A DNA stretch of 64,000 nt from Eledone cirrhosa (taxonomy: Eukaryota). Both the position numbers and the translations under genes were made by a program. Shown here piece by piece: positions 47,640 to 61,560 of the stretch (its first letter is position 1; every line of letters begins with the position of its first letter). A model generated the notes under the pieces. That model did no database searches, was not told the origin of the DNA, and saw only the letters and a program-made list of their open reading frames with translations. The stretch is taken from contig OZ024744.1 of the NCBI GenBank assembly GCA_964016885.1, positions 35,278,001 to 35,342,000 of the forward strand, given 5' to 3'.

Positions 47640-49986
47640 AACTAAACCAGAACAACCTGCCACCCTCTACACACCATCATAAACTGCAAGCAGGGTACAA
47701 ATTGTTGTCCTTAAATGCTCGCAGTTTATGCAACAAGATTCATCTGTTTAACTCCTATGTCAGAAGCATCGACCCTGACTTCATCACAGTCACGGAGACA
47801 TGGGCACATTCCTTACTCTGTGATGGGGTTTTCAGTATTACTGGGTACAACCTTTTCCGCAAGGACCGCATTAATCGCCGCGGTGGTGGTGTGATGGTCT
47901 ACGTTCGTTCAAACTTTTTGGTAATTCCTTGCGTTGATTTGAACGAATCACAAGAAGTTTTTTTTTGTGACATACGTATGACCATGTCAACACTTCTGCT
48001 TGGTGTTGTTTATCGCCCCCCCCCCCCTCCCAAACTACCATCAGGACACACAGCTTTGCGATATCCTCAGAGCTGCTGCCAGGAAAACAGCCACTTATGT
48101 GTTTATTGCTGGTGACTTCAATCATATGTTCATTCAAAGCAGAGACCTCACTCTCCAGTTGGTCCTCTTCGCAATCCCCACACAAGCCAGATCACTGACG
48201 ATCCCAAAGAATGTGCAGAACTCATTGCTGAGTGCTATGCAAGCATTTTTACTGTTGAAAACCAGAATGTACCATCTCCACCATCTCTAACATCAAATTC
48301 CATAACAACTATGGAATTTACACCTGCAATGTTGCGACGTCACCTTATGAATAAGCGTAACTATATCTCCCCTGGTCTTGATGGTGTTACATACCTGCTT
48401 CTCAAACGTGGCGGGTTCTTCATTTTGCACCAGCTTTCTTTCTTCTTTCAATACTGTCTCAACAATGGTGCTTCTCCGGAGCAGTGGAAAACTGCCAGTG
48501 TCATTCCCCTTTCCAAAAAGGGCGACCGCACCTCACCTGTCAACAATCGTCCAGTTAGTCTTACTAGCTGTATTGCCAAACTGATGGAATCCTGTGTCAG
48601 AGAAACACTTGGAACTTCTGGAGCTCTCACAGCCTCATTCGGCCCTCGCATTTTGGATTTATTCCTAACTCCAGCTGCTGTGATCGAGTTCCTTGAAGAC
48701 ATCACCCGGATCACTGACAGCGGCTCATGGGTGGATGTTGTTTACCTTGACTTCGCTAAGGCTTTTAATTCTGTGTCACACAAAAGACTTATGGCAAAAC
48801 TCTCTGCAATGGGTGTGAGGGATGATCTTTTTAACTGGTTGAAATCCTTCATTCTCAGCCAAAAAGAGGTAGTCACAGTTCTAGGACAGCATTCTTCACC
48901 ATATGAGATGTCATCTGGTGTACTACAGGGATCTGTTCTTGGTCCCCTTTTGTTTGTGGCATATATTAATGACATAGATGCCAACTTACAGAATGCCATG
49001 GTACTGAAATATGCAGATGACATCAAGCTGTACCTTGAAATCAAAAGGACTGATCCTGAAATCTACAACTCTTTCCTACAATCGGACCTGGACACAATGC
49101 AACAATGGATCACAGACTGGCAACTGAAGCTGGCTGTGGACAAGTGTACCACAATGCATTTTGGCAGGAAAAATCCAGCGTCCACATACTCCCTCCACAA
49201 CACTGATATCAAGAAGTCCTCTTGTGAACGTGACCTGGGCATTACTGTCAGCAGCGATTTGCGTTGGACAAAGCATGTCTCTAAGGTTATCAAGAAGGCC
49301 GAGGGTGTCTTGGCATCATTCAGCAAGACCTTTGTGAGCCGCTCTCCAGCCATCTATTTAAAGCTGTATACAGTTATGGTATGACCACACTTGGAATTCG
49401 CATCATCAGTCTGGAACCCCTATCTTGCTCAGAACATTGACCTCCTGGAAACTGTTCAGAGATGTGCAACCAAGCGCATACCCTCCATCAGACACCTACC
49501 ATACTCTGAATGCCTTGCTTCCCTAGGCATGGATTCATTGAAGCTCCAACGTCTGGCAATGGACTTGGTAAACACCCACAAAGTTATTAACCATCTCGCC
49601 AATTGCAACCCTGAGCACCTTTTTGATCTCCATGTGTCTAACACACGTGGACATGCCTACAAAATCAGAAACCAGCACAGCTCCCATGACTTTCTGAAAC
49701 ATTTTTTCACACTCAGAGTTGCTGAAGCATGGAACAAACTGCCTGCGTCAGTTGTTAGCTGTCGAGACACTGCATCCTTTAAAACACTCATGCTTCCCGA
49801 AATTCGCCCAAACTACACCCGATGTCCCCCTTCCATACACATGCACACATGTGTATATCATGACTCATGCACTGTTCATTTTACTGACGTTTGTGCATTA
49901 CCCTATGTACTATACATACACTTTATGATGAGTTGTAGTGCACCTGAGCACTGTACACAATATTTCATTATTATTATTATTATTAT
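47640..49986 (+). mobile_element. CR1-clade LINE, deleted and frameshifted
   Basis: LNARSL, TETW, GDFN; YLDFAKAF, QGSVLGP, KYADD, RDLG, TRGH.YK; (ATT)n tail. Confidence 0.9.
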
Positions 49987-50094
49987 TAAAGAAACATTAT
50001 CTTAAAACAAGGGTTTTTGAATAGAGAGAAGAAGTTGATGTCCAGCAGGGACCACTGGTTATCACCTGACTCTCACTTCTAGTTCTGGGACACT

Positions 50095-50440
50095 TAATGA
50101 TAATGATGATGATGGTGGTGGTAGTGCTGGGGGTGATAAAGATGATGATGATGATGGTGGTGGTGGGGATGATAAGGATGATGTTGATGGTGGTGGTGGC
50201 AGTGGGGAGGGCGGTGTTGATGATGATGATAATGACGACGATGATGATGATAAGGAGGAGGACAGTGATGATGGTGGTGGGGATTGGGTGATGATGATGA
50301 TGATGATGACGATGATGATGACGATGATGGTGATGGTGAAGGTGGTGGTTGTTGTTGTTGTTGTGGTGGTGGTGGTAATAAGGATGATAATGATGATGAG
50401 GGTGGAGGGGGAAGTAAGGTTGTTGTTGATGATGATGGGT
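50095..50440. repeat. Degenerate (GAT/GGT)n tract
   Basis: Direct reading. Confidence 0.9.
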
Positions 50441-50462
50441 ACTAATATGTTCTCATCACCAC

Positions 50463-50930
50463 ATGAGAGAAAGGCAGAGCTTGGACAGGCTGAAGGAGGC
50501 ATTAGGTTTAAAAGGAATCTCAGGTGGTGCACAGGAGAAGTGACTGCATTGGTATGGACATGTAATGTGCATAGACAATGATCGGTAGGTGAAAATGTAC
50601 CAGGAAATATCAGCGGAAGGGAGCTGCAGTAGAGGAAGACCAAGAGAGACCTGGGCAGAAGTGGTGAATGTTGACCTTAAATCACTGAGACTCACAGAGG
50701 AGATGATGAAGAAATGCGATGAATGGAGAGATGCTGTGCTGAGAAGGACCGATCCAACCCATGCAAATGTGAAAAAATGTATATAAAAACGATGATGATG
50801 ATGATGATATATATATACAAACAAAAAGGCTCCAAAAGGTTACTGGAAAAAGTACATAGCTAAAAATCATATGCAGGGATTTTGATCTCAATCCACCTGT
50901 ACATTCTTGTAGTAATGTGTGATAACATGT
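50463..50930 (+). repeat. ~470-bp near-identical duplicate of 52043-52511 (RTE 3' end plus flank)
   Basis: Shares the same inactivating mutations and ~110 bp of unique downstream flank. Confidence 0.9.
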
Positions 50931-51521
50931 TGAGGCACTTTAAAACAAACAGTTTTTGTATTGTAGAATCAAGAGCTATTTCATGTGGTTTGGTAATGGT
51001 AAGAAAAGAGTTAATCTGTCTTCATCTCCCTGTATTCTCCCTGATATGAGAAAGCAACAAAGTAGATGACTGGAGACCAAAACAATATGATAAATATTGC
51101 TTGTGTTTCTCAGTGCTTCTTACATCAAACTAATACCAAGTTCATTTTGTTTTGCAATTGAATACAATGTTTATTTTGCATATCATGTACATGTATTATA
51201 TATACATCAGTTGGTGTATATACATCAAGTGCAATTGTGTATTTTGTTCATTGAATGTAAAAAAAAGAAGAAAAATGTAAAGTAAAAATATATTAAATAA
51301 ATAAAAGAGGAGAAAATTAATAAATAAATATATGAACAAAATACTTGTTTATTTAACATTCTAACTTGACATTCAACAAAGAATAGAATTGGTTTGAAAA
51401 TTTACTTCTATTTCTTTCTTTATTATTATTTTTCCATTTTTTTTATTGCGTTTAAGGGTTTCATTGATAATTTTATATATAGTTTAAAACTTTTGGATAA
51501 ATGTCATGTATATATATATAT

Positions 51522-52388
51522 CAAAAGGTGATAGAACACTGATTCCTTCAGGGAAGTGGCCATGCTCAATATGTAGAAAGGAAGTAGGCATAAATTCCAT
51601 ATGATGTACACAATGTGAATCTTGGGTACACAAGAGATGTAGTGGGTTAATGGGTAGACAAACAGGAAGGGAAGACTTTGTATTTAGATGCACATGGGTA
51701 ACTGAAGGGAAGAGAGCCAGTGTTGTAAACCTATTCCAGTGACAGGAAGGACCCATAAAAGGGGTTGATAGCTTCAGTTATCTATGCAACATAATTAGTT
51801 ATAGAGGAGAGTGCTCTGAGAACATAATAGCTAAAATAAGGATAGGATGGATAAAGTTTAGAGAGCTACTCCCACAGTTGACCACAAAAGGTTTCTCCCT
51901 ACGTAGAAAAGGATGACCATATGATGCCTGAGTGTGGAGTGAGATGCTGCATGGTAGGGAAACATGGGCTGTAACTGCAGATGACATGCTTAGACTGGAG
52001 AAAAATGAAGCAACCATGCTTCATTGGGTGTGTAATGTAAGTGTGAGAGAAAGGCAGAGCTTGGACAGGCTGAAGGAGGCATTAGGTTTAAAAGGAATCT
52101 CAGGTGGTGCACAGGAGAAGTGACTGCATTGGTATGGACATGTAATGTGCATAGACAATGATCGGTAGGTGAAAATGTACCAGGAAATATCAGCGGAAGG
52201 GAGCTGCAGTAGAGGAAGACCAAGAGAGACCTGGGCAGAGGTGGTGAATGTTGACCTTAAATCACTGAGACTCACAGAGGAGATGATGAAGAAATGCGAT
52301 GAATGGAGAGATGCTGTGCTGAGAAGGACCGATCCAACCCATGCAAATGTGAACAAATGTATATAAAAAACGATGATGATGATGATGA
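51522..52388 (+). pseudogene. Degenerate RTE-PHD fragment with short (C-type) tail
   Basis: WPCSIC..VHKRCSG, LHGRETW, GRPRETW, (GAT)n. Confidence 0.85.
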
Positions 52389-52511
52389 TATATATATACA
52401 AACAAAAAGGCTCCAAAAGGTTACTGGAAAAAGTACATAGCTAAAAATCATATGCAGGGATTTTGATCTCAATCCACCTGTACATTCTTGTAGTAATGTG
52501 TGATAACATGT

Positions 52512-53170
52512 TCTAAGATGAACCCTTAAATACATGTTGCAATGCAGTGGCACCAGTTGGAAGTCAGCACCAGCTCGAGCAACATGGTTTCCATCAAAAC
52601 ATAAAGTTCATGTTGAAGCTAGGGTGGAAGAGCAACCAATCAGCATAAATAGTTTGTGCCTTCTCGCAGATTATAGCCTCCATCAAGGTATCTCCTGCCA
52701 GCTGCTTCTCCGTCAACCACACTATCAGCAGCTTTCCCATATTTTCATGGATAGATGTCTGTTGTTTAGAAATTATTTTAACGCCATTGGCTGGCATTAT
52801 AGCTTTTAGCAACTCCTTCTGCTTCAGTATGGTGCAGATCGTAGAAGTGCTACGCTCGTACTGCTTCGCCAAGTCGACTAAACGCACACCTTGGTCATGT
52901 TTTTTGATAATCTCTTTCTTTAATTCAATTCATATCATCCGCTTCTTCTCAGCACAGTCCTTCGCGCTCACATTCTTCAGACCCATGGGATGCTGAGCGG
53001 ATGTTATGGTGTTCACTGTGGCGTTCACTACCCCAACTAGTGGAGGGGTATCTGAAGCTGGCTCATAACCCGAATTTTAGCTTGCACCTCAAAGCAAATA
53101 ATTGGCTGAGAGAAGGCTTGTATCTCGAAAAACTCATTAGTTGGGACACTCGTAAGTCAAGGTACCACCG
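52512..53170 (-). mobile_element. Tigger/pogo DNA transposon 5' fragment
   Basis: TA|CGGTGGTACCTTGACTTACG TIR-like end; CENP-B-type HTH: ELKKEII..GVRLVDLAKQY..STICTILK..LLIVW..IICEKA. Confidence 0.85.
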
Positions 53171-53177
53171 TATATAT

Positions 53178-53208
<31 letters not shown>

Positions 53209-53771
53209 CCGTTTTACGTCCGTTCTTCCACGCTAGCATGGGTTAGATGGGTTGTCCTGTTGTGTGCAGTGTCTGGTCGGCTGACCATGCCTTGCTCATA
53301 CAGGAACTGATCTGGCTTGATTTCTACAGCTGGATGCCCTTCCTAACACCAACCTCATTTACAGTGAGTGCTGGGTGCTTTTTCGTGGTGCCTACACGTC
53401 CACTTTACAGTGTGGGCTGGGTGCTTTTTTGCCGTGGCACCTCCACGACCACCTTGCGGTGGGGGGGGGGGGCATATTGTTTATATGCTTCAGCATGTAC
53501 CCATGGGAGGTCGGGTACCCTGTATTACTGCGTGACGCCAGAGATCACGGTCGTGTGTCATTGACTTTGAGAGGTGTAATTGGGTAAGGTCGGCTTTTAT
53601 CACCTCATCCCAGGTCATCTTGGGTCTCCCCACTCCGTGGTTTCCATCAACTTCTAGTGCTCTGCACCTTTTTATGCAGCTGTCATCCTTCATACGCATC
53701 ACATGTCCATACCAGCGCAACCGCCTCTCCTGCACACAGCATTTGATTCCTCTTATGCTCAGTCTCTCTCT

Positions 53772-53772
<1 letters not shown>
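53178..53772 (-). mobile_element. RTE subfamily B 3' fragment
   Basis: Near-identical to 37101-37677. Confidence 0.92.
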
Positions 53773-53815
<43 letters not shown>

Positions 53816-53819
53816 TATG

Positions 53820-53852
<33 letters not shown>

Positions 53853-54277
53853 CTGTGACCCGGCAGCTGAGATTTTGCCATTTCAACAGCTAGCTATGAA
53901 CTAGCTGTTTAAATTGCAACACACTCTACCACCCCAAGTATTGAGTACTCTGGTGAATAATGTTCTAACAAGTTTTTACTGCATCATTCTGATATCATCA
54001 TCATCATCATCATCATCAACGTTTAACGTCCGTGTTCCACGCTTGCATGGGTTTGGACGGGGGTAGTCCCACTTGTGTATATATATCACTGTAAATGTGG
54101 TTGGTATTAGGAAGGGCATCCAGCCATAGAAAACCAGCCAGAAACCGTTCTATACGAGCGAGACACGGTCACCTGACCAATCTTGCCACAAGTGGGACAA
54201 AGCCATCTAACCTATGCTAGTGTGGAAGATGGACGTTAAACAATGATGGTGTAGATGATGATGATGAGGATGATGAT

Positions 54278-56044
54278 AGGCATTAAATTAATTGACCAGG
54301 TCATGAAGGTCACGGATAAAGTAATAGCGCAACTAATCAGAGAGAGAATTGATCTAGATGAAATGCAGTTCGGGTTTGTGTCAGGCAAAAGTACCACAGA
54401 CGCTCTTTTCATTGTACGACAACTACAGGAGAAGTACCTAGCTAAAGGTAAACCTCTATACTTAGCTTTTGTCGACTTGGAGAAAGCCTTTGACAGAGTC
54501 CCCCGCTCCATTATCTGGTGGGCTCTTAGAAAACTAGGTGTTGATGAATGGCTTGTGAGAGCTATACAAGCCATGTATAAAGAAACAGTCAGCAAGGTTA
54601 GAATTAACAACGAATATAGTGAAGAGTTTAGTGTAAAAGTTGGTGTTCATCAGGCTCTGTTCTTAGCCCCCTACTATTTATTATTGCCCTTCAGGCTATA
54701 ACAGAGGAGTTCAAGACCGGCTGCCCATGGGAACTCCTATACGTAGATGATCTAACGCTCATAGCTGAATCAATGGCCGAGCTAGAGAAGAAATTCCAAA
54801 CATGGAAGCATGGCCTAGAATCAAAAGGCCTTAAAATTAACTTGTCTAAGACTAAAGTTCTAGTATGTAGGAAGGAAAATAGGGCACTGGTCCCATCAGG
54901 GAAATGACCATGCTCAGTGTGTAGGAAAGGAGTAGCCAGAAACTCCATTTTATGTCCTAAATGCAAAGTATGGGTGCATAAAAGATGTAGTGGGATCACA
55001 GGTAAGCTAACTAAGAATATAGATTTTATATGTGGCTGGTGCTCTGGTGCACTAAGTAGCAGCAAATGCCTACAGAATACTAGCTCATTCCATTGCACAG
55101 ATGGTTCTATAGAAATAGTGGACAGCTTCCGTTACCTGGGTGACAAAATCAGCAGTGGGGGAGGGTGCTCTGAAAGTACAGTAGCTAGAGTCAGAATGGG
55201 ATGGAAAAAGTTCAGGAAGCTTACACCACTATTGGCCGCTAAAGGTTTCTCTCTAAAAATGAAAGGCAGGCTGCATGATGCCTGCATACGAACAGCAATG
55301 TTACATGGCAGTGAGACTTGGGCATTGTGTGCAGAGGATATATGCAGACTGGAGAGGAACGGAGCTTGCATGCTCCATTGGATGTGTAATAGTAATATAC
55401 GTGAACGGCAAAGCATAAATGAACTATGTGAGAAATTAGGAATAAGAGGGATCAGATGCTGTTTACTCGAGAGAAGACTATGTTGGTATGGTCACGTGAT
55501 GCAAATGAAAGATGACAGCTGTATAAAAAAGTGCCGGGCGATCAAAATAGACAGTAGCCACAGAGTAGGCAGACCCAGAAAAACCTGGGATGACTTACAC
55601 TTACACCTCTCTAAGACAATGTCACTGGACCGAGATCTTTGGCGCTACGCAATAATACAGAAGATCCGCCTTGCCTAAGTACAAAGCGAAACCTACAGTC
55701 AGTAGGCACCTCTTAACAAAAATACATCCCCGTCCCACTACCCCCACCCCATCCACACCACCCCTTTCGATGTAACGTTATGTTGGTACCACAACATCCA
55801 GTCCTAAATAAATGAGGTCGTGTAGGTCATACGACAAAAAAAAAACACAGTCCACGCTGTAATGTGGCCGTGTAGGTAACACGGTAAAAACCTCCCAGTC
55901 CACACTGTAAATGTGGTTGGTGTTAGGAAGGGCATCCACCATAGAAAACCCGCCAGACAGTCCTGAGCAAGACAACCAATCTTGCCTCAAGTGGGAAAAT
56001 TCCCGTCCAAACCCATGCTAGCATGGAAGATGGACGTTAAACGC

Positions 56045-56077
<33 letters not shown>
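54278..56077 (+). mobile_element. 5'-truncated RTE-PHD LINE, subfamily A
   Basis: Aligns with 6830-8644; one frameshift near 54655 and a TGA at 54905. Confidence 0.92.
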
Positions 56078-56078
<1 letters not shown>

Positions 56079-56329
56079 ATACATTTTCAGATTCAGAATC
56101 AATTGAAAGCACCATGTAACAGATATAATGATTCGAATAGAAAATGAAACAATAGGAAATGCATTTTTCAGTGCAAACCTTTATAGTGTAGATAGATAAT
56201 TAATTAATCATTCCAGCCAGCACGATTTCTTTTTATATTTCGACAGATCATCTGACTTTCTACAGAAATTTCTTTTTATTAATGAATATCTTATATCTGG
56301 TGTCTCATTAGACAGGGTGAAATGCATCT

Positions 56330-56381
<52 letters not shown>

Positions 56382-56700
56382 TGACTGAATACACGTGTGA
56401 TTTTATTTTTCTCCATTTTTTTTCTGTTCCTTCCTTTTCTCAGTCTTTATCTTTCGATTTCATCTTTTATTTCTTCTTTGTATCTTCTAATGAAGGACTA
56501 GTGTTTGAAACGTTAAGATTCTTTTCCAATTATTTCAAGCATTAAACTAATATGCTTCTTCATTGTATTGTGGTGTGTTTTGTTATTTCTGTTTACTTTT
56601 TACACACACACACATACACACATACAAAACACACACACATATATAAATACACACACACACATATATAAACACACACACACACACACACACATATGTAAAT

Positions 56701-56733
<33 letters not shown>

Positions 56734-56786
56734 AATACACACACACACACACACATATATAAAAACACACACACACATGCACACAT

Positions 56787-57122
56787 ATCATCATTTCATC
56801 ATTTCATTATACGTCCGCTTTTTCCTTGCTTGCAAGGGTGGGACGGGAACTGACTCTGGCTTGATTTCTACAGCTGGATGCCCTTCCTAACACCAACCTC
56901 ATTTACAGTGAGTACTGGGTGCTTTTTTGCCATGGCACCTCTACGACTACTTTGCAGTGGAATGATAGGGACCCCAATCCCTATCATCTCATTTCTACAG
57001 CTGAGTAAACTGGAGCAATGTGAAATAAAGTGTCTTGCTCAAGGAAACAACACATCACCCGGTCTGAGAATTGAACTCACAACCTTTCGATTGCAAGGCC
57101 AATGCTAAGCCATGTGCCTCCA
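56787..57122 (-). mobile_element. SINE family 1
   Basis: Same as 28803-29125. Confidence 0.88.
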
Positions 57123-57991
57123 TATATATAAATACACACACACACAAACATACATAAATACACACACACACATATATATACATAAATACACACGCACGCG
57201 CACATACGCACACACACATGCATGCGCGCACACACATACACACACACACATATATACACACATATATATAGTGTAAGTGATTCAGTGAATTACTGGCATT
57301 AGTACAAGTAATCACCAGTCTGATGAGCAGATTGATGAAAGAGTCGGGTTTATAGACTTCCATAGATGAACTTGACTTACTTATCTGTGAAATGTGCATA
57401 ACAGGTTGATACTCAGTAAATACGTAAATACATAAACGAAACTTCATCGTTTTTTCTTATTATATATACATATAGTTCAAGAATAAACAACACGAACACA
57501 GATACGCAAAATCACAGTCTTATGCACATTTGTAAAATATATATATGTAAAATCCAATCAAAGCTGAATCTGGGGAGTTATTTCTCTGAGTTTTTGATTT
57601 CCTGCACCCAAGCATACAGTAAAGATTTTCTCTCTGTTGTCACATTGATCTAGATTTGACGGCTTGGGCAAAATGATATCTAGCATAACCATGGGGTGAC
57701 TGTGCTATTAAGAAGTTCAGTTTGCAACCATATAATTCCAAGAATTTGTTGATGGAAACTGAAGCCCATGATACATATAGCACCACCATCTTTATCATAA
57801 TCAGCATCTTCATCAGCATCATTTTTTATTTGTTTTCCATGCTGGCATGGGTTGGATGAGTTGTCACAGTTAGGGTCGAGATGTGTTGGAGGACCACATT
57901 CATTTTTCTTCTAAGTTCCTTTTTCGTTATGGTTTCTAGGGTTACTATTTCTAGGTGCCCTTCATAATTCCTATATATATATATATATATA

Positions 57992-58445
57992 TATACGATA
58001 TTAAACAAATGGAAACTATATTTATAAAACCATATTTATTTCATTATACATATTTCGGGGATACCATATTAAAAATATGGCATGCCTTCTTCAGATAAAA
58101 TACAATATATAAACATTTTATAAATAATTTTGACGTACCATAAATATTGACCAACCGTTATGTAAAAAGCTGGTTTGGTAGTCCATACATAACGGTTGGT
58201 CAATATTTATCGTACGTCAAAATTATTTATAAAATGTTTATATATTGTATTTTATCTGAAGAAGGCATGCCATATTTTTAATATGGTATCCCCGAAATAT
58301 GTATAATGAAATAAATATGGTTTTATAAATATAGTTTCCATTTGTTTAATATCGTATATCTACTCCAAAACTTGTCGAGTGCTTTATATCAGTTATAAAA
58401 TATTTACTTGTTGTAACCCAACAATTTTATATAAAACTTTTGCAT
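57992..58445. mobile_element. Young palindromic hammerhead element, family H1
   Basis: ~173-bp arms (57992-58164 / 58186-58358) with one mismatch seen, 21-nt spacer, TA flanks. Confidence 0.9.
58248..58313 (+). ncRNA. Type I hammerhead ribozyme motif (AUA site); mirror copy ~58037-58102 on minus strand
   Basis: TATTTTAT CTGAAGA aGGc ATGCCATAT-tttta-ATATGGTAT cccc GAAAT atgt ATA ATGAAATA. Confidence 0.85.
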
Positions 58446-59028
58446 ATATATATATATATATATATATTGTTATACTTTGGGAGGGTCATGTTGCCACGCA
58501 CCTGTTGGTTTTCACTTCAATTTATTATAAATTTCTGGTTGGTTGGTTCGATAACTGGTTGGTTGTTTATATATTGTCAAAGCTCTTTCGTCACACATTC
58601 TGTGACCTCCTCAGTGACTAGGTTTCTAGTGTCTCTCCTTTGTTCTGTCCTTACAATCTGGTATAGAGCAGAACAAAGGAATTATATATATATAACCAAC
58701 AAATTATATATATATATATATATATATTTACACATATATATATATATAACCAACAAATTATATATATATATATATATTTACACATATATATATATATGTA
58801 TCATCATCATCATCACCGTTTTACGTCCGTTCTTACATATATATCTATACACATATGTACAAATATATATAAGTATAGGTATATATAGGTATATATAAAT
58901 ATATGTGTAATGTGTGTAATAATAAATATTACCCAATTACAAGTATGAAAATAGCTCAATGTAAAATAACAAGTATACTACAGAGCTGAAATACAATATA
59001 AATGACAATCAAAGAGTTTAAAACACTT

Positions 59029-59077
<49 letters not shown>

Positions 59078-59222
59078 GTTTAACGTCCATATTCCACACT
59101 TGCATGGGTTTGGATGGGAGTTTTCCCACTTGAGGCAAGAGTGGTTGTTTTGCTCGTATAGGACTGTCTGGCGGGTTTTCTACGGCTAGATGTCCTTCCT
59201 AACTCCAACCACATTTACATAT

Positions 59223-59267
59223 ACTTATGATCATTTCATCCTAGCACAAGGCCGGAATCATCGGAGT
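59223..59267 (-). ncRNA. Hammerhead variant with CCGAUGA core
   Basis: Reverse complement: ACT CCGATGA tTCCGGC-cttgt-GCTAGGAt GAAAT gatc ATA AGT; palindromic stem III ATGATCAT. Confidence 0.7.
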
Positions 59268-59967
59268 TTATAACAAAAGTTAAACACAAATATAAGATCA
59301 AAACTTTGTCATAAGAACATTAGGAGGATACAAAATATGGGAGGTTAGATAAGCATAAGTATCAACATTTATGTAAGGTAACAGAGGCGGAAAACACGTA
59401 TGAAGAATAGGAGCAAATAAATGCAATAAAAATAAAAAAAACATGATATTACAGATAAATTAAGTACAGTGAAAATCATACATCATAAATAGTTAAGAAA
59501 GTTAATAAAGATAATAAGAGAAAGCATGCAATTCAAATATAAATTTTAAAATATATCTCCAAAAAATATATAAAAACTTTTTTAAAAAATATATTTAAAA
59601 ATATATAAAAAAAAATTTAGATGCACGTGTAGCTAGGAATTACCCACAGGTGCAAGACTATAAGTTCGACTACATAATTCTGTCATAATAACTCATGTAG
59701 TGTGGAGTAAATAAATACAATCATGAAAGTAAAAAAAATCCAATATAGATGGAAGTGTTATAAGGCACTCAAGACATCATCTAAAGCACCACATATTAGA
59801 AAAGAGGAGACAAAGTCATATGCCATCAAGAGAACAAATCATCCAACTTAGTATGAGATTTAAATATTATATATATATATATATTATTAGTACAGATTAA
59901 AGTTTAAGCAAAGAATTGGTGGTTTCACTCTATTACTTGATTTTGGTCTTCGTAATTATTATTACTA

Positions 59968-59998
<31 letters not shown>

Positions 59999-60000
59999 AC

Positions 60001-60139
60001 CTCAATCATTTGTTGTATTTCAAAGATGTAAACATCAACAGGCTTGTGCTTTTCAAGCAAACCCCACAAAGTGACCGACACACCTTTGTAATTCTCACCA
60101 CCACAAATGCAGTGAACTAGTGATAGGTCTATTGGAAAC
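60001..60139 (-). other. Candidate host exon (139 nt)
   Basis: ttggttacag|G..GAG|gtacac boundaries; one open frame FPIDLSLVHCICGGENYKG..QQMIE; no recognisable domain. Confidence 0.3.
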
Positions 60140-60974
60140 CTGTAACCAATGACTCTATTGTTCACAAATTATCATATAGATCACAAATACCAACATTTCG
60201 CCCTTGAGTGCCTTTAACATTGTCCTCTCTGCTGCAAACATTTAAGTCCTCCCTTCCTCCACCAGTCTTGGAGGCCCTGAAATAGTTTATATGCATTGTT
60301 CTTCATTTCTTGACTTAACAGTAAATAGAAAAAAAAAAAAAGAAAAAAAAGCCTTAGAAGTGAAACTAAAAAGAACAGCTTTATTTGTTCATAGATGGAA
60401 TACCTTAAGATGTTCCCTAGCTCATCACCAGAACATGCCCCTTGGGTAGGTACATTTAATCATGACTCAGGTCTCCTATTTGCAGTTTGAGGATAACTCA
60501 AAGTACTGATGCACTGCTATATACTGGAGCAACCTATGGTTTCATGCTCCTTTTGTTGCTTCACCTTAATGTTCAGCACGCTGAATATTTTAATGAATTG
60601 CTTCCCTTGACACTGCATTATGTATTAAGGGGAGATTACTCTCTTGTCACCCACAGCATGTTAAAGGTTAACACCTCCATCACTTATGAAGCAATGGGGC
60701 TTTTCTTCAAAGGTCATGGGCATATTTCTCCCTTACCTTCCTTTACTCATTATCACTCATGTAAGACCTTTGAAGGTCAAGGGCACTGCCCTTGTTACTC
60801 TGACTAAGCCACAAAATATTTTTAAAATCTGATCTTCCTAACCCCTATGACATATATCACATAATTATATAATGAATGAGGTCAGCAGATCAGCTTCTGT
60901 ACTTAACATTAGACATTTTTTCTCCTCAAACTTAACAGAGAATTCTGTTTACGTTTAAACAATCTCACAGCCTC

Positions 60975-61167
<193 letters not shown>

Positions 61168-61502
61168 TTTCTCTCTTTCTTGCTATCCTATCTTTCTCTC
61201 ATTTCTCAGTCTTAGGATATTAGTTATTGATATTGTGATCTATTGTTTTTGCTGTGGTGCTTTTTTTTGTTGTTGCAAATGTTTTTTATTTTAATTTTAT
61301 TTTTTTTATTGTAGATGGTGTTGCTGCTGCTACTATTGCCGTTGTTGCTGCTGTTGCTGCTGTTGCTGTTGTTGTTTCTCTCATTGTTGTAGTAGTAGTT
61401 CAGTCCCAGGTGAGCTTTGTATGAGAAAACCTATATTCAAAGGTATTCCAGCCATGGCAATCCTCTCTTATTTTCAGACAATTCTAGTTACTGTGGTTGT
61501 AT

Positions 61503-61560
<58 letters not shown>

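Noticed and set aside
57315-57350. CTGATGA..GAAA hammerhead-like match
   Set aside because: Stems I and II do not pair convincingly; similar weak matches at 5642 and 11493 (minus) were also dropped.
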